A DNA stretch of 64,000 bases from Marsupella aquatica. Taxonomy: Eukaryota > Plantae > Marchantiophyta. Both the position numbers and the translations under genes were made by a program. Location: positions 19,952,754 through 20,016,753 of the forward strand of contig OZ316896.1 of the NCBI GenBank assembly GCA_973895155.1, read 5' to 3'. The notes under the pieces are model-generated. The model did not search any database, was not told the DNA's origin, and worked only from the letters and a program-made list of their open reading frames with translations. Shown piece by piece: positions 25,001-37,480 of the stretch (positions are counted from its first letter, which is position 1; every line of letters begins with the position of its first letter).

Positions 25001-27029
25001 AATTATATACAAGATGGTCATCCAACAAATAGACTTGAAGGGACAACAATGTGGTTTGAGTACTAGATTTTTGGAAGTCTAAAGGCTTCGTTACCTTCGA
25101 GTTTGCAGGTGGATACCCAACCTGGAATGGGCTCGGCTTTTCTCAACCGTTGACTCTGAAGCCAGGCAGCAACTCAATTGCCTTGCTGTCCAGTTTACCA
25201 GGCCTCTGGTACGCTGGACCTTTCTTCGAAAAAGAAGTCGGAGGCTTGAGTGGGTCAGTAATGTTACAAGGCGTCCCCAATGTCGGCGATATAAATCTCA
25301 CAGAGGTCCAGTGGATCCATCAGGTCGGAGATTCCTTCCACATATAATCAGTTACATACGCCTTCAATCATATGGACTCTCGTTGAAGCCTGAGGGTCTG
25401 GCCAGAGAGCTCCTAGTAATCTGTGTCGCAGAGGTCTTGATAATTCTCCATAGTGACTAATGTTTCGCCCTTCATCAAACAACATTTCGCGCGCCTTTGG
25501 GTTTCTAAATGGATACAGCTTCGTGCAAACTGCAGGTGGGACTGAAGGGAGAGGAGGGAAATGGGGGTAATGGGGGAAATGGGCTGGACGCCGCCGTAAT
25601 GAAATTGAAGTGGTCTTCGAAGCCTCCTGCGATTTACAAGCCACTGTTTTGGTACAAAGTAAGTAGCCAAACACGAGCCCAAGTCCTTTGAATTCACGAC
25701 TTTGCTTAATGCCTATGTGAGTGCTCAATTCAGGACGATTCGCAAGTCAGCGACTGAACTGAGCGATGGTTTATGGTGCGCAGACAAAGATAAACGCTCC
25801 AGCAGGTGAAAGTCCAGTGGTGCTGGATATGGGCAGTATGGGCAAGGGAGCAGCATGGATGAACGGGCATCACTTGGGGCGATATTGGGCGTCTATCAGA
25901 AATCCACTCAGTAGCTGTCATAGTGATTGCGACTACCGTGGTGTTTATGAGCAAGATAAAAAGTGCACCTCCGAATGTGGACACCCATCGCAGCGCTGGT
26001 AATTGTCCACCTCCAATATGCAACTGGCGTTAAATTCTTGATATGAAAGTGGTCCTCTGCTTGTCAAACAACATTTGGAGTGGAGCACTGCTGGACCTAG
26101 TGAATCTATAGGAAAACTCGCATGTCGAGTCTTTCTCAACCAGATACGAAGATGCTCACCTATATATGTCTGCATCGTTGTTCCATGCCTGACAGGTACC
26201 ATGTTCCTCGAGAGTGGCTGAAATCCACTGAAAACCTTTTGATTGTCTTCGAAGAGATTGGCGGTAACATCACAGAAGTCTCATTAACGACAACTGTCCG
26301 TTTTCTATGTTCCAATGTCTCTGAGGCCGACCCACCTTCGAAAACAGATCGTGCAGTTGCTTCACCCCCATTTCCAAAGCTCCACCTTGACTGCGGCACT
26401 GGATTTCGAATTACTCAAATTGAATTTGCAAGCTTCGGAGGTCCAGCCGGGACTTGTCGCCGGCTTTCCAGGGGAAACTGTCATGCTCCCAACTCGATGG
26501 AAGTGGTACAAAAGGTGCGCTTGCGTACGTTGAACTATTGAGCAGTTCATTTCCTATGCGCAGAAGCAATGCTGATGTAATTCTTTCGCAGTCAGACTTC
26601 CTTACCAGTTCAGTGTTCTTTGGATGTATATTGCACTAGTGAAAAGACTCATTCGAGAGACATATAGAAGCAACATATAGAAGCACATATTCTGCTTTTT
26701 TGCTTGGGGTACCAATTTTCTGAGTGCCGATACAATTGTTTCACTGTTCGACTTCCTTACGATGTCACTGTTTTTTGGAGGACGATAGAGATTGCACACA
26801 TGAAAAGACTCATTCGACAGCGTACATTCTGCTTTGGTTGCACGTAACAATTTTCTGCTGTTTGAACTGATGACGGACGTGTGTGGGTCTCTATCTATCT
26901 TTGCAGAGTTGTCAAGGGCGCCGGTTTTGCTCTCTACCAGTGCACCACTCTGCCTTTGGGGACGATCCCTGTCCTGGTAGAGTGAAGAGTTTGGCTGTAC
27001 AAGCAGTGTGTGAACTCGCCTCTCCATAA
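19085..27029 (+). CDS. BGAL: GH35 beta-galactosidase with C-terminal SUEL/Gal-lectin domain, copy 2 (18 exons)
   Basis: ATG 19085 with signal peptide [23 protein letters not shown]; same exon structure and motifs as copy 1 (QVENEYG, WTENW); last exon 26907-27029 ends CELASP*. Confidence 0.94.
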
Positions 27030-27829
27030 TTTTCGTTCGAGTATAAGCGAACGATTCAGAGCATTTTGCACAGAGGCATTGACCAGGACATGTAGCAACG
27101 GAGGACGGACACGTTCGTTAAGAGCATTGGATTTAGAACTTTTGGATAGCACCCCCTCGTGAACTACTTGTTCGCTGCAACAGGGAGTTCGCTTCGTGAT
27201 TTCTAGAAACAGCTCTCATGTTTTATGCTACGGCTTTCGTGATAAATTTAAAAAAAAAACCTCATTCAGAAACGAAACAGCTAAGAGTTGGACTTTTTAC
27301 TTACCGGCCAGTTTTCGTTAGTACCAAGTGGCACTTGTCTTGGCTTTGAGTCCTTCTTCAACAGGAGCCAACCACAAGAGTCCTTTGCAAAGGAATCCTT
27401 CTGGCCCTAATCAACTTTCCAGATCCAACCTTTGCAGTGCGAACGAAGAAACTGAGTACTCCAAAAAGTAACCTGATACTGGTGATGGCAAGCCGAGTAA
27501 TTACATGAGAGCGACAAGAAAGCCATGGAGTGAAATAAATAGCTAACCAAACGAGCCAAGCCCTGGAAGGCAAAATTGATTCACAATACTATCTCATAAA
27601 GAGAAATCTAGTGTAAGTGGGTGGGGATGATCTCAGAGCAACTGGTTGGTGCCCTATACAACAATCCCCGATACTATTTCATCGGGAGAAAATTAGTTGA
27701 AGTGGTTGTGGATGATCTCAGTCAACTCGTTGGTGCCCTAATTGACCTCATATTGATCGTTCTCGACCTCATCGTGTTGCGTACCGTAGAGAAGAGGTAA
27801 CTAGATGTTACTCCTGGATTCTCCATTTT

Positions 27830-28260
27830 ACGTATTCAGGCAAAAGCCGCTCGACACATCTGACCCACTGTGGTACACACTCGAGCTAGAATCAACAGCC
27901 GGAAGAGTGCCATTACCAACTGGTGATACACACATCCTGATATCATTGCCAGCTGACTTTTAGTCCATTCTAATTTCTTGACGACAAATCCAGCGCTCTG
28001 CCAGAATTCTCCCCAACCCAGCGTCCCCCTTGCAAGTGACTCGGACTTCAAGGTAATTCCCAGGTTCTTACTGCCCTGTGTACTCGTGAAGGCTCATTCA
28101 AAACGCAACCCCATTGGCTACTCTTGGGATCCACCCCATTAAAAGCGAGATTTCGCTGGCCAAGACATGGCATCAAAGTTCTACAATACTTGAGAAAAGA
28201 CATACTGAATGAATTTAAGATCCACAGGGACCCGAACGAGCCATGGAACCAGCACTGCAC
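27830..28260 (-). mobile_element. possible decayed LINE 3' fragment
   Basis: ...LKYCRTLMPCLGQRNLAFNG loosely resembles the WxxRNxxxFxG C-terminus of plant LINE ORF2; interrupted by stops. Confidence 0.25.
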
Positions 28261-28518
28261 GAGGCCTTCCGCAGAAGGGAAGAGAGAAAAATCTACAGCG
28301 CAAAACCTTCAAGAATTCCGGCGGAAACATGACAGACAACAAAGCTCTTCATTTCTTTTCAATGGAAACTCACTGGATCAGAGAGGGAGCAACAGAAACA
28401 ACTGCAGCAACGGTTCACATTAATTCTTATAAACTTGGAGCAACAGTCCATACATCTACATGTTCTGGAACAACCACACAGCTACAACAGCAACAACGAT
28501 CCATCTGTACACAGTTCT

Positions 28519-28956
28519 TCACTTCTTCACGGCCTGGCCCCTAAGCTTTACCCCCAACACTCTCTCCAGTTTCATGATGATCTGCTGATTAGGTATAGCT
28601 TTGCCGGACTCGTACTCTTGAATGATCTGGGGCTTCTCATTTATTTGCTGCGCGAGTTGCGCCTGAGTCATCTTCTTATCTAACCGACCCTGCATAATCA
28701 ATCTCTTCAAATCCGACGACACCCGCTCGTGCGCAAGGACCTCGGTCTCCTCGTCTAGCTTTTTCGTGTTCATCCCGGTCGCGCTGGACGCAGCCTTGTT
28801 CGATCCCGCTGCGTATTTCTTGACCGTCTCGATCGGAGCGCCCGCACGCCGTGCATCGTTGACCGTTTTCTCGTCCTTCTTCGCCGACGCGCTTGGCGCC
28901 TTCTTCCGCACCACCACCGGCTCCCAGTCCTGCGTTAGAGGCCCGCCCGCATTCAT
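28519..28956 (-). CDS. MBF1: Multiprotein bridging factor 1 (MBF1a/b type), intronless CDS, 145 aa
   Basis: QDWEPVVVRKK...GSNKAASS...KKLDEETE...MTQAQLAQQINEKPQIIQEYESGKAIPNQQII.KLERVLGVKLRG (MBF1 domain plus HTH_3). Confidence 0.96.
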   Translation of the reverse strand: MNAGGPLTQDWEPVVVRKKAPSASAKKDEKTVNDARRAGAPIETVKKYAAGSNKAASSATGMNTKKLDEETEVLAHERVSSDLKRLIMQGRLDKKMTQAQLAQQINEKPQIIQEYESGKAIPNQQIIMKLERVLGVKLRGQAVKK

Positions 28957-29063
28957 CGTAATGGCAGGGATGAATCAACTCGACCAGACGATCACTCTCG
29001 CGCCCTTCGACTCGATCAGCTTGAAGAGATCCGGGTACAATGCTTCGCAAACACAGTAACAGA

Positions 29064-29064
29064 A

Positions 29065-29125
<61 letters not shown>

Positions 29126-29320
29126 GACTTGATTAGGTTTGGAGAGGACGTCGAAGTTCCGGGGAAACGAAACCTTCGGGTTCACGATAACAGAACGATT
29201 TCTCTCTCTCTCTCTCTCTCTCTCTCGACGTGATTAGGTTTGGAGAGGACGTCGAACTTCCGGGGAGACGAAACCTTCGGATTCACGATAACAGGACGAT
29301 TTCTATCGCTCTCTCTCTCT
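29064..29320. repeat. (CT)n/(GA)n microsatellites within a ~2.3x tandem duplication upstream of MBF1
   Basis: (CT)~27, (CT)~12 and a short third tract, each separated by a repeated ~80-bp spacer gattaggtttggagaggacgtcgaa...ttcacgataacag. Confidence 0.9.
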
Positions 29321-32300
29321 GTCTGATTGAATTTTTGTTGAGTGCTCCTCCGATATTTGATCTGGGTCGTGCCGATTGTTCGTGCAAAAGGTTGGTAGGC
29401 AGCAATTCGTTGAATGTCTCGAGGGTTGTGGCAGGTGAAGAATTTATAGAAGAAAGACAAGACGAGTGTAGAGTACAGAGTGTAAACAGTGAAGGCGAAA
29501 GGATGATGGAGAGATGGCGTCGCTGATGTGGCGATGATAGAGATTACCGTAGTGCCATCATCAAAAAGCAAACGAGGCTCGTGACCAAAGCTACGTGGCC
29601 ACGATATAATATTGTTTGTTACAATATGGTGTGGACTACCCTGGGCCCAATATTGTAAAGGAACTCAGAATACCAAATGACCAACAAAAATGAAGTGGTC
29701 TTGATACTATACGGTGTGGAGAACTCTGTGCCAGATATTGGAAGGAACTCAGAATACCAAATGACCAACAAAAACGAAGTGTTCATCAGAACATTAGGGA
29801 GTCTCAAAGCTCAAAGTTAGAGTGAGGGTTTTTGGCCATAAGCTCTAATTAGTATAAGTAGAGCAAAGAAAAGCACATAGTGAGTGACCATTGAAAAGTA
29901 CAGTCAAGTTCTATGACACAAAGGTGCTGCCTACCATTTGTGCACTTATTAATTCAATGTGCCTTATTAATGACACTCAATTCAAATAAAAACCATAAAC
30001 TTGGGAAAGAAAGCAATGAGGGGAACTTAAGACACTATATATATAGTTCAGGTTAATATTTAGAATCATTACGGACCCCCATGAGAAGCTTGGAAGCACA
30101 TGCTGCCACATCAGCACTATTGGTCGCAAACAAGAAAGGTACATTATACAAAAAGTACCAAACAAGACTATGTGTGTTTGAGACAAGTAAAAAAGAAGTT
30201 AGTCCTTGTAACTGTACAAACAATGGAAAACTAAAAAATAACTTTTCAAATAAACAAAGCAAGGGTGAAAAGAAAATAACCTTTGTATGGATTGTGATTG
30301 ATATATCAATGTTTTCCAGTAGATTGTAGGAGTTTTTTTTTTTAATTAGTAATTTTTGGAATAACCATGGGTAGAAAGAAACTCTTCAACTTCTATAGCA
30401 CATTTTGCATGGCCTTTATGGACAGAGGAGTACCAAGGGAACGTTGTGCATGGACTACTACCATAAATAATCTACTCTTTTTTCCCCTCATCTCCATATT
30501 CAAAGCTACTCCAGTATGCAACTCCTCGTGTGCTCTAACTTAGTTGTTGAATAACATCAAACTTAAATGACCAATGGGTTATCTAACTAATTTCTCTCAC
30601 TCATGAGAAGACTTATAAACCTTGTTCAAGATAACAACAATGAAAAATTAAAAGGACAACTTCCAAAATAAGCTCAAAATTCTCTTGGACAACACAAATT
30701 AGAGGGGTCCAAAAATTAATTAAAAATTTAAGTATATGATACAAAGGATGCCCCCTGATAAGGCACATTAAAATAAAAATACATGACACAAACATTCTGA
30801 ATAAGACAACATCTGAAAGGTGAATTCAACCATATAGCAGCTTTGAAATTATCCATAACATTTTCCGTCCATAATGTGGATTACTAAGTTAAGGTCCATC
30901 ATGGTCAAATTTGAAGTTTTGAGACTTCATATTGAACTGAAGTTTAGCCACAGAATATTTAGAGTGCTTTAACATTTTGGGTTAACTTTAAGTTTAAGAA
31001 TGAGGACCCAAGGAAACTGGGGCTATCAAGGTGGAAAAAGTAAAACCACAAATAGACACCAATGTCTGACTAGATTGCTGCATGGCTACTTCAAAACCTG
31101 TGAGTTTTTAAAAATTATCTGTGAAAGGCCAAGACCATACCACTTAACACTTTCAAGCAAGAGCAAGCCCCAAAGAGCAAGACGGCATGTAAACATGCAT
31201 TTGACTAGTAATATAACAATGTAAGTGGATTCATATCATATTTGTTATCATTCAACTGAAGGAGTTGGATTCCCTTAGTTGCCATGGCTATGGTGTATAT
31301 CTTACACTTTCATATCATGACATTCTAAAGTTTCTATGTCTATCCAAGTAGCAGGGTCAAACTCATGTGTCAATTGAACTTCCACTCCCAAAGTTTGAAA
31401 GTTGGAACCTCTTTCTAACGGGTCTGAGGGAAAGAAGAACCCCCATAGATGCAAAGGGTAGAGAGAGGAGGCATGCATTGTAAGCAGGATGCTTAGTGTT
31501 ACCAACCCAAGACAATAATCTGAAAATACTGGTGGGAAGGCAGCAAGCAACCCCAACATCCCTAGCTGTGAATTGGGGCAGTGGACTGTGGCTTATCACT
31601 CGCCCATCACATGCCTTTAGTGTCAGTCCATCCTAGCATCTTGTCAACATGTTAGCCATGGGGGCTTCAATTTTCAATTTTTCCTCTTGATTCCATTAAA
31701 TTTAATTTTGAGGGGCTGAGTGTAACAGAAGCCACCCAAAGGCTGTCTCTGGTACCATCAAATAATGCTCTGATAACATCTAAGCATCTAAAGTTGTTCT
31801 CCATTCCTTGAATAAAGTCACTGAGGCAGATTTGGAAGCCCGGATGGACCGAGCTTAAGAACCTTGGGTCTCTAATGGATGAAGCTCCGCTGACAGTAAA
31901 GAGATTCATCAAAAATATGTGACTGTATATGGAATGGCTATATGGAATGGCTCTATGGATGAGAAAGTTTCCATCAGTACTTCCTGGTAAGGCATCTTGG
32001 AATCTGTCAGTACTTCCTGGTCGGAGCCCTTGGAATGCAGACAATGGTTCCCGCTATATTCAATCTCCATTCTATGCTCAGGATCATTGTCGAACGTGAC
32101 CACAAAGCTCAAAGAGTGAAACACGAGGTAAGGAGCTTTGCCATGTCAGGTGACATTTTTATGTCCTCTGTTGCGTTAGTAGCTAACCATTGTGTTGAAA
32201 CTGTAGGCTCGTGATAAATGGGGGGCAAGAAAGTGAATGAACATGGACCAGTTTATGAAATACAGTCATGAATTCCATCACGAATCACTTTCTTGTTTCA

Positions 32301-35300
32301 ACTTACAGTTATCGTGTAGGGTTGTCCACGTGACTATCATTTTCTTGTTTCAGGTGACTCTTGTCTTGTAGGGTTAGTACATCACAAACTAAACAAGCTG
32401 AACCCAAATCCTCTCATTCAATTTGAAACCTCTCAATTTTCCAGCTTCGGGTACCCAGAAGCAGGCTCATAAAGTAGCTCATCTTGCTGTTGTTGCTGAT
32501 CGCCATCTTGCTTGCCGAATTGAGACCAGAATGTGCAGAAATTTCATCCTATATCTATGAAAATCGAAACTGAATGTAAAGGCTTTACTCAAATGAAAAT
32601 GGTGAGGCAAAAAGTGAGATTCATTTTGAACTTGCTCACTTGGCAATGTTATTCTCACCACACCTCATACCTCGCCCATTGCCCCTAAGCCACAGACTCG
32701 ATTGAGGGGCAGTAAAATTGCTTGTTGTAGTCTTTGCGATGCTGCCTGATGCAGCGCAAAGTTGAAAATGATGCCCACTTTAAAATGGAATTAACAAAAT
32801 AATATTGTAGATTCAAATGGCCCCCGCATTGAGATCGAGCATCTGAAAACGATCCTTGCTGCCTGATGGAGTATGAATTGAAAAGGCCTAAACAACCAAT
32901 GCAGTTAACTGAGCAATCGATGTTGCCCATTCAACTTCCAGATGCAACTAGATTAAAGAGTAATCTTGTCTGTGAAGTTGTAGATTCATTTCCCATTGTG
33001 CAGTGATTGAAATCTGATAATCTCTTGAAGTCCATAACTCTTCTCTCTTTCAAGCAATCAAGTCTGCATTTCAGCCTTTCAGTCAACCCTGTGGCTCTTA
33101 ATCTATGTAGTGATTGAAATCAAAACTTCCAATTTTATAGAAATCTATCCTTTGAATTTTACAGCACTCTGTCTAGAATGAGAGCAACTTCGATGATTTT
33201 AATTATATTTGAGTATGGCTATCAAAGTCAATCCAATATGGACAACAATGTCAGACATCTCTCAATTCATAGAATGATGTGGATATAACCTGGCTGCTAA
33301 CAAATTTTGTTGTTTGTTAAGTATGACATGACATGGACCTCCTCAACCCGGATTCCCAAGCTGAGTCTCCATCCTAGCTCAATAGTGACAACGAGCCCAA
33401 AAACCCTCATGGATCATGTCACGAATTGGATTCAGATATGACAACGAAGGTGATGTCTTGGAGGATGATGAAGATGTTAATGCAGTTCCCGGTGCTGTTT
33501 AGTTTGGACCAATTTTGGGTGGGAACAGGTTTGCAAATGATCGTCCACAAAACACCCATCTATTGACATTGTTGAGATGGTGGCCCACCAAGATCTTCTT
33601 GACATTAGCTCTATAGAATGTGATCTCTTCACCCCGCTCTTCACATCATGACGCACACCAAAGCAATCTTGGTCAAATATATTCCAATACTACATGGTCA
33701 GGGATACATGGAAGGAGGGATTGGGGAGTAGTGTTGTGAGGGCCCTCATTAGTAGAGAAGCAAAAGTCAGATTCTTCTTCCCCATTATGTATATATGATG
33801 GATTGGTGAAAGTTAGCTCCAATATGAAAAATGGATGGTATATAGGGTCTTATCCATGCAATGCCAAATGTTATCACCCATGCAAGGAATGATGTAACCA
33901 CCCAATGTAGAAACCAGAATAACGTGGTTATACTCGTCATCTGAACAATCCAACAAACATCACAAATGAATAAACCCATTTATTTATTGATTAAAGGTTA
34001 ATAGGTTAGCGCTAGGCGCAAAATTTGGCTGCTTTCAACCCTAAACTATTTCCCTGATACACTCCACAAACAAAGTATGCATCTGGTTTGTAAAATAGTT
34101 TATCCTTATACCATAAGTCTCGCAATTGGCTCTGAAGAGCAAAAACATTATCAATGTGATTGAAATTTTTGGACCATACACAAATGACAGGTTCAAAAGT
34201 TTTTCTTCCTTGGGCAGTCTAGATGACATGGGTTTGACATTTGAGGTACTAACTTTTGAATCAAAGGCAAGACCTTGTTTGATGATTGTGTTCGCCACTT
34301 TTGCCCACTCTTCATCTACTTGGTTTCTATTCACAAAAATCAGCCACTTCCCATTCTAGAACATTATGTGCTCTAGCCAGGTTTTCTTTATCACATGTGG
34401 TGAGCCTAGTTTGGGAGGAGAAACAAAGATTTTCCCAAGATGCCAGTAAACCTACAGTGTCCACTTCATGGTTGGTTTTTTCTGCAAAGTTGGTGGAAAC
34501 AGTTAACCGGAAACATGGTGAAATGGGATACATGAGGACTTCCATTTGTCAATGAATTCATAAATGGTTTACAGGTCACCATCAAAGTGAATAACATGAT
34601 ATGCACTTCCAGTGTCCATGCTATCCTACAAGCAATTGCAAGCAATTATGAGGTCACACTGAATGTCCAGGATTGCTACTTATTTTCCTCCACATCAATT
34701 GTGGCAATCACATCTATTTTGGCTGGATTTGCAATTGGATTGGGGGCAGATCTTTTGGCAAATTTCATCATTTTTGGCTGAAACAACATTAAGCTAAAAC
34801 TGACGGCTGACTTGGAGCGAACATTGCTGCTGAATTGAGTAGGAGTTTGACTATGTATTCACATGTCAATTTTCCCAATGTGGCACAATTGGAAACACTT
34901 CAAACTGTCCCAAGCACACTGGCTAAAATGCAAAAAATCAGACAAACTCTCAAAAACGTGATTGCTACTGATTCCAGTAGCTGACTTCAACAACAGAGCT
35001 ACTCTCCCAAAGCTGGCGTAGAGCAATGTTGGGTAAAACAGGCGAAGGAGGGGAAGGAGGCACAGGCAATATCAGTTGCGCAACACTATTTTTGAAGACC
35101 ATCGTTCACACGAAATTCCTTCCGGAGCATGCGTATTCACAGGAGATACATTGCAGACAGTGTGCTTATGAGTAGATGTGAACGTCAAGTACTCCCCTGA
35201 GATCATATGAAAAGGAAATGCGGCTTGAATTTTCTCAACATTTGTTCAACTGCTCGAGCTTGAATTGACAAATTGACATTCAAACTGAGAAACTTACTAG

Positions 35301-35668
35301 AAGATAGTTGTGACAATGCATAGCATAACTGTGCTAAGCGGCAGCAGAGCTTCATAAGTCCGGGACAACACTTGAACAACTGGCTGCAACAGACTGAAAA
35401 CCAGCTGGTGTGGACAGAATACTTACTACAACCGGTCTCAGCACTTTTACAGGTCACAAGTCCAACAGAAGCGTAACAAGTGTTATTTCAGTGAAAAATG
35501 ATGGTTGGGCTTGGTCCATGGGGGCTGTCAAAGTCTCTCTGGGCTTTTTCATAAAGACCTCGGTCCATCCATGCTTCCTTTTCCACAGAGGCAACACTAC
35601 ATAAACATTCAGAAAATTTACAATTGAGTAGTTTAATAGTAGAGAACACATTTCAATGTTTACATAAA

Positions 35669-35881
35669 CTAGCCTGATGCCTGTCCCTTGGCAATTAAAT
35701 GATTAATGAGAACAAAAAGAAGCTACTTCCATTTCTTACCAACACCCCCACAACATCTGATAGTAGGTTTCTGCCTAGAGAGTAGGTTTTGCCCAGTCTG
35801 GCTAGAGTCAGTGTCCAGAGGCTACACTCTAGACCATGGTTTATACTCTAGCTTCTCTTCATGCTTACCTTAGTAATAAGA
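35669..35881 (-). mobile_element. short non-autonomous Helitron-like element (degenerate copy)
   Basis: Plus strand: A|CTAGCCTGATGCCTGTCCCTT ... CCAGAGGCTACACTCTAGA ... TTAGTAATAAGA; same family as 51752 and 54308. Confidence 0.5.
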
Positions 35882-36620
35882 ATTTATTTGGGTGCAATAG
35901 TCCATCCAAAGATTTTTAAGAACATTTTATGCCACAGGGGCTTCTCTGGCTTGGCATCAGCAGAAGGAGGCAAGACCCAGACTCAACCCTGAACAAAGTA
36001 CTGTAGTACTTGAGCAAGCCCAGAACTCAACCCTGAACCCCCATAAATTGAGCTGCCCATTCTCTGAACCAGCATTTTTTAGTGGCAAAAAATCTAGGGA
36101 GATATAAACGTCGTACATTTATCTAGAAACATTAGAGAATGAAAATTCGTGAGAGATATACTTGATGGACCCCTAAATTGAAATATCTTACTTGATAGAC
36201 CCCATGAGACCCCATTAGCTTTTGTGTATATTGATTTGAGATAACAGTCTGGATCACTCATGGGTCCATCAAGAAATATCCATCAATTATCTATCTCGAA
36301 AAGTCCTAGCCTAATCACACTAGATGACATTGGCCACCAGGCAAAAAAGTAAAAAAAAACCTACTCTCTATTCTTGCACGAACAAGAAAAACCCTTGAAA
36401 ATTAAGTGCTCTCTGTTCTTGCACAGAATCCCAAAAACATAGGCCTCAAAAACCCTAAACCCTCGCCTCCGACCGGCCCTCCTTTTTCTATCAGTGTCTA
36501 GATACAGCTCCCTAGCTCACGAGCTCTTGGCTACCGTTCTCCATTCACGTGATGAGGATCTGCGTGTTTGCCTTGACAAGTGTGATCTGAAACAAGACCA
36601 GAGGCAGTAGCAGAAGAACT

Positions 36621-36882
36621 TTACTGTTGTCGGTGGGCACCATCCGAGGTACTCCATAGAAATTCCCGTGGAGGAATGTTCACATTTGTGTTGCATAGCA
36701 TTGGACAGTACTACTGTTGTTGATGGGCTCCATCCGAGGTACTCCGCAGGAATTCTCGAGGAGGATTGTTCACATTTGCGTTTCATAGCATTGGACAGTA
36801 CTACTGTTGTTGATGGAGGTACTTCGTAGGAATTCTCGTTGATGGAGGAATGTTCACAATTTGTGTTTCATAGCATTGGACA
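36621..36882. repeat. tandem repeat, ~87-90 bp x3
   Basis: tactgttgt..tggg..ccatccgaggtactcc...gaggaatgttcaca.ttgtgtt.catagcattggaca is repeated. Confidence 0.88.
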
Positions 36883-37480
36883 ATAAGTTACAGTAGTGGT
36901 ACAGTGCAGTGACAATCAAATTGCCTCGAGTCTCCTGAGCGTTTCCGGAAGGCGAACTCTTCGGTTCTAGTACAGCTCCGCATCATGATTTTGAATGGTG
37001 CCGCTGCAACCCTGGTGATCGAGTGAGTTGTAAAATCGTCTTCCGTTACGAAGGGCACGAGAAAGCGCACGGATGGAGAGACAAAGGTTACTTGTAACGG
37101 AAGAACAAACGAGAGGACACTTGGAATCATAAATTCCGTTTGGATTCTGAACGGGCGTGCTCACCAAAGTTGGGGAGGGAGATCTAACGCAAAGCTGTGC
37201 AGAACCTTGTGGAGTTCACGGACATTGACCTGATAGGTGGAATTGCGGAAGAGATTTGTAACGTAATCTCCGCTCCGAGAATGAACTCAATGATTGAATA
37301 GTTTTTTCAGGTCCACGCTTCCTATGGCAGTAACTTTGCCTGTGCCCTTTCTAATTTTTGCCAAGACTTTTGCTTTAGAGATAGCTGTTTAATTAGTATT
37401 TTTCCTATAGGGAGGAGGCAATAGAAGCCCACAGAAATTGACCTTCCACTTCCTGTGCTGCCGCAAGGGCGACCCATAAA

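Noticed and set aside
28676-29571. ORFs containing ERERER tracts
   Set aside because: Translations of (GA)n microsatellites in the MBF1 upstream region.
36621-36882. Regularly spaced repeats here and at 44530, 51228 and 63260 as possible CRISPR arrays
   Set aside because: Whole units repeat with no unique spacers, there are no cas genes, and the context is eukaryotic; these are ordinary tandem repeats.
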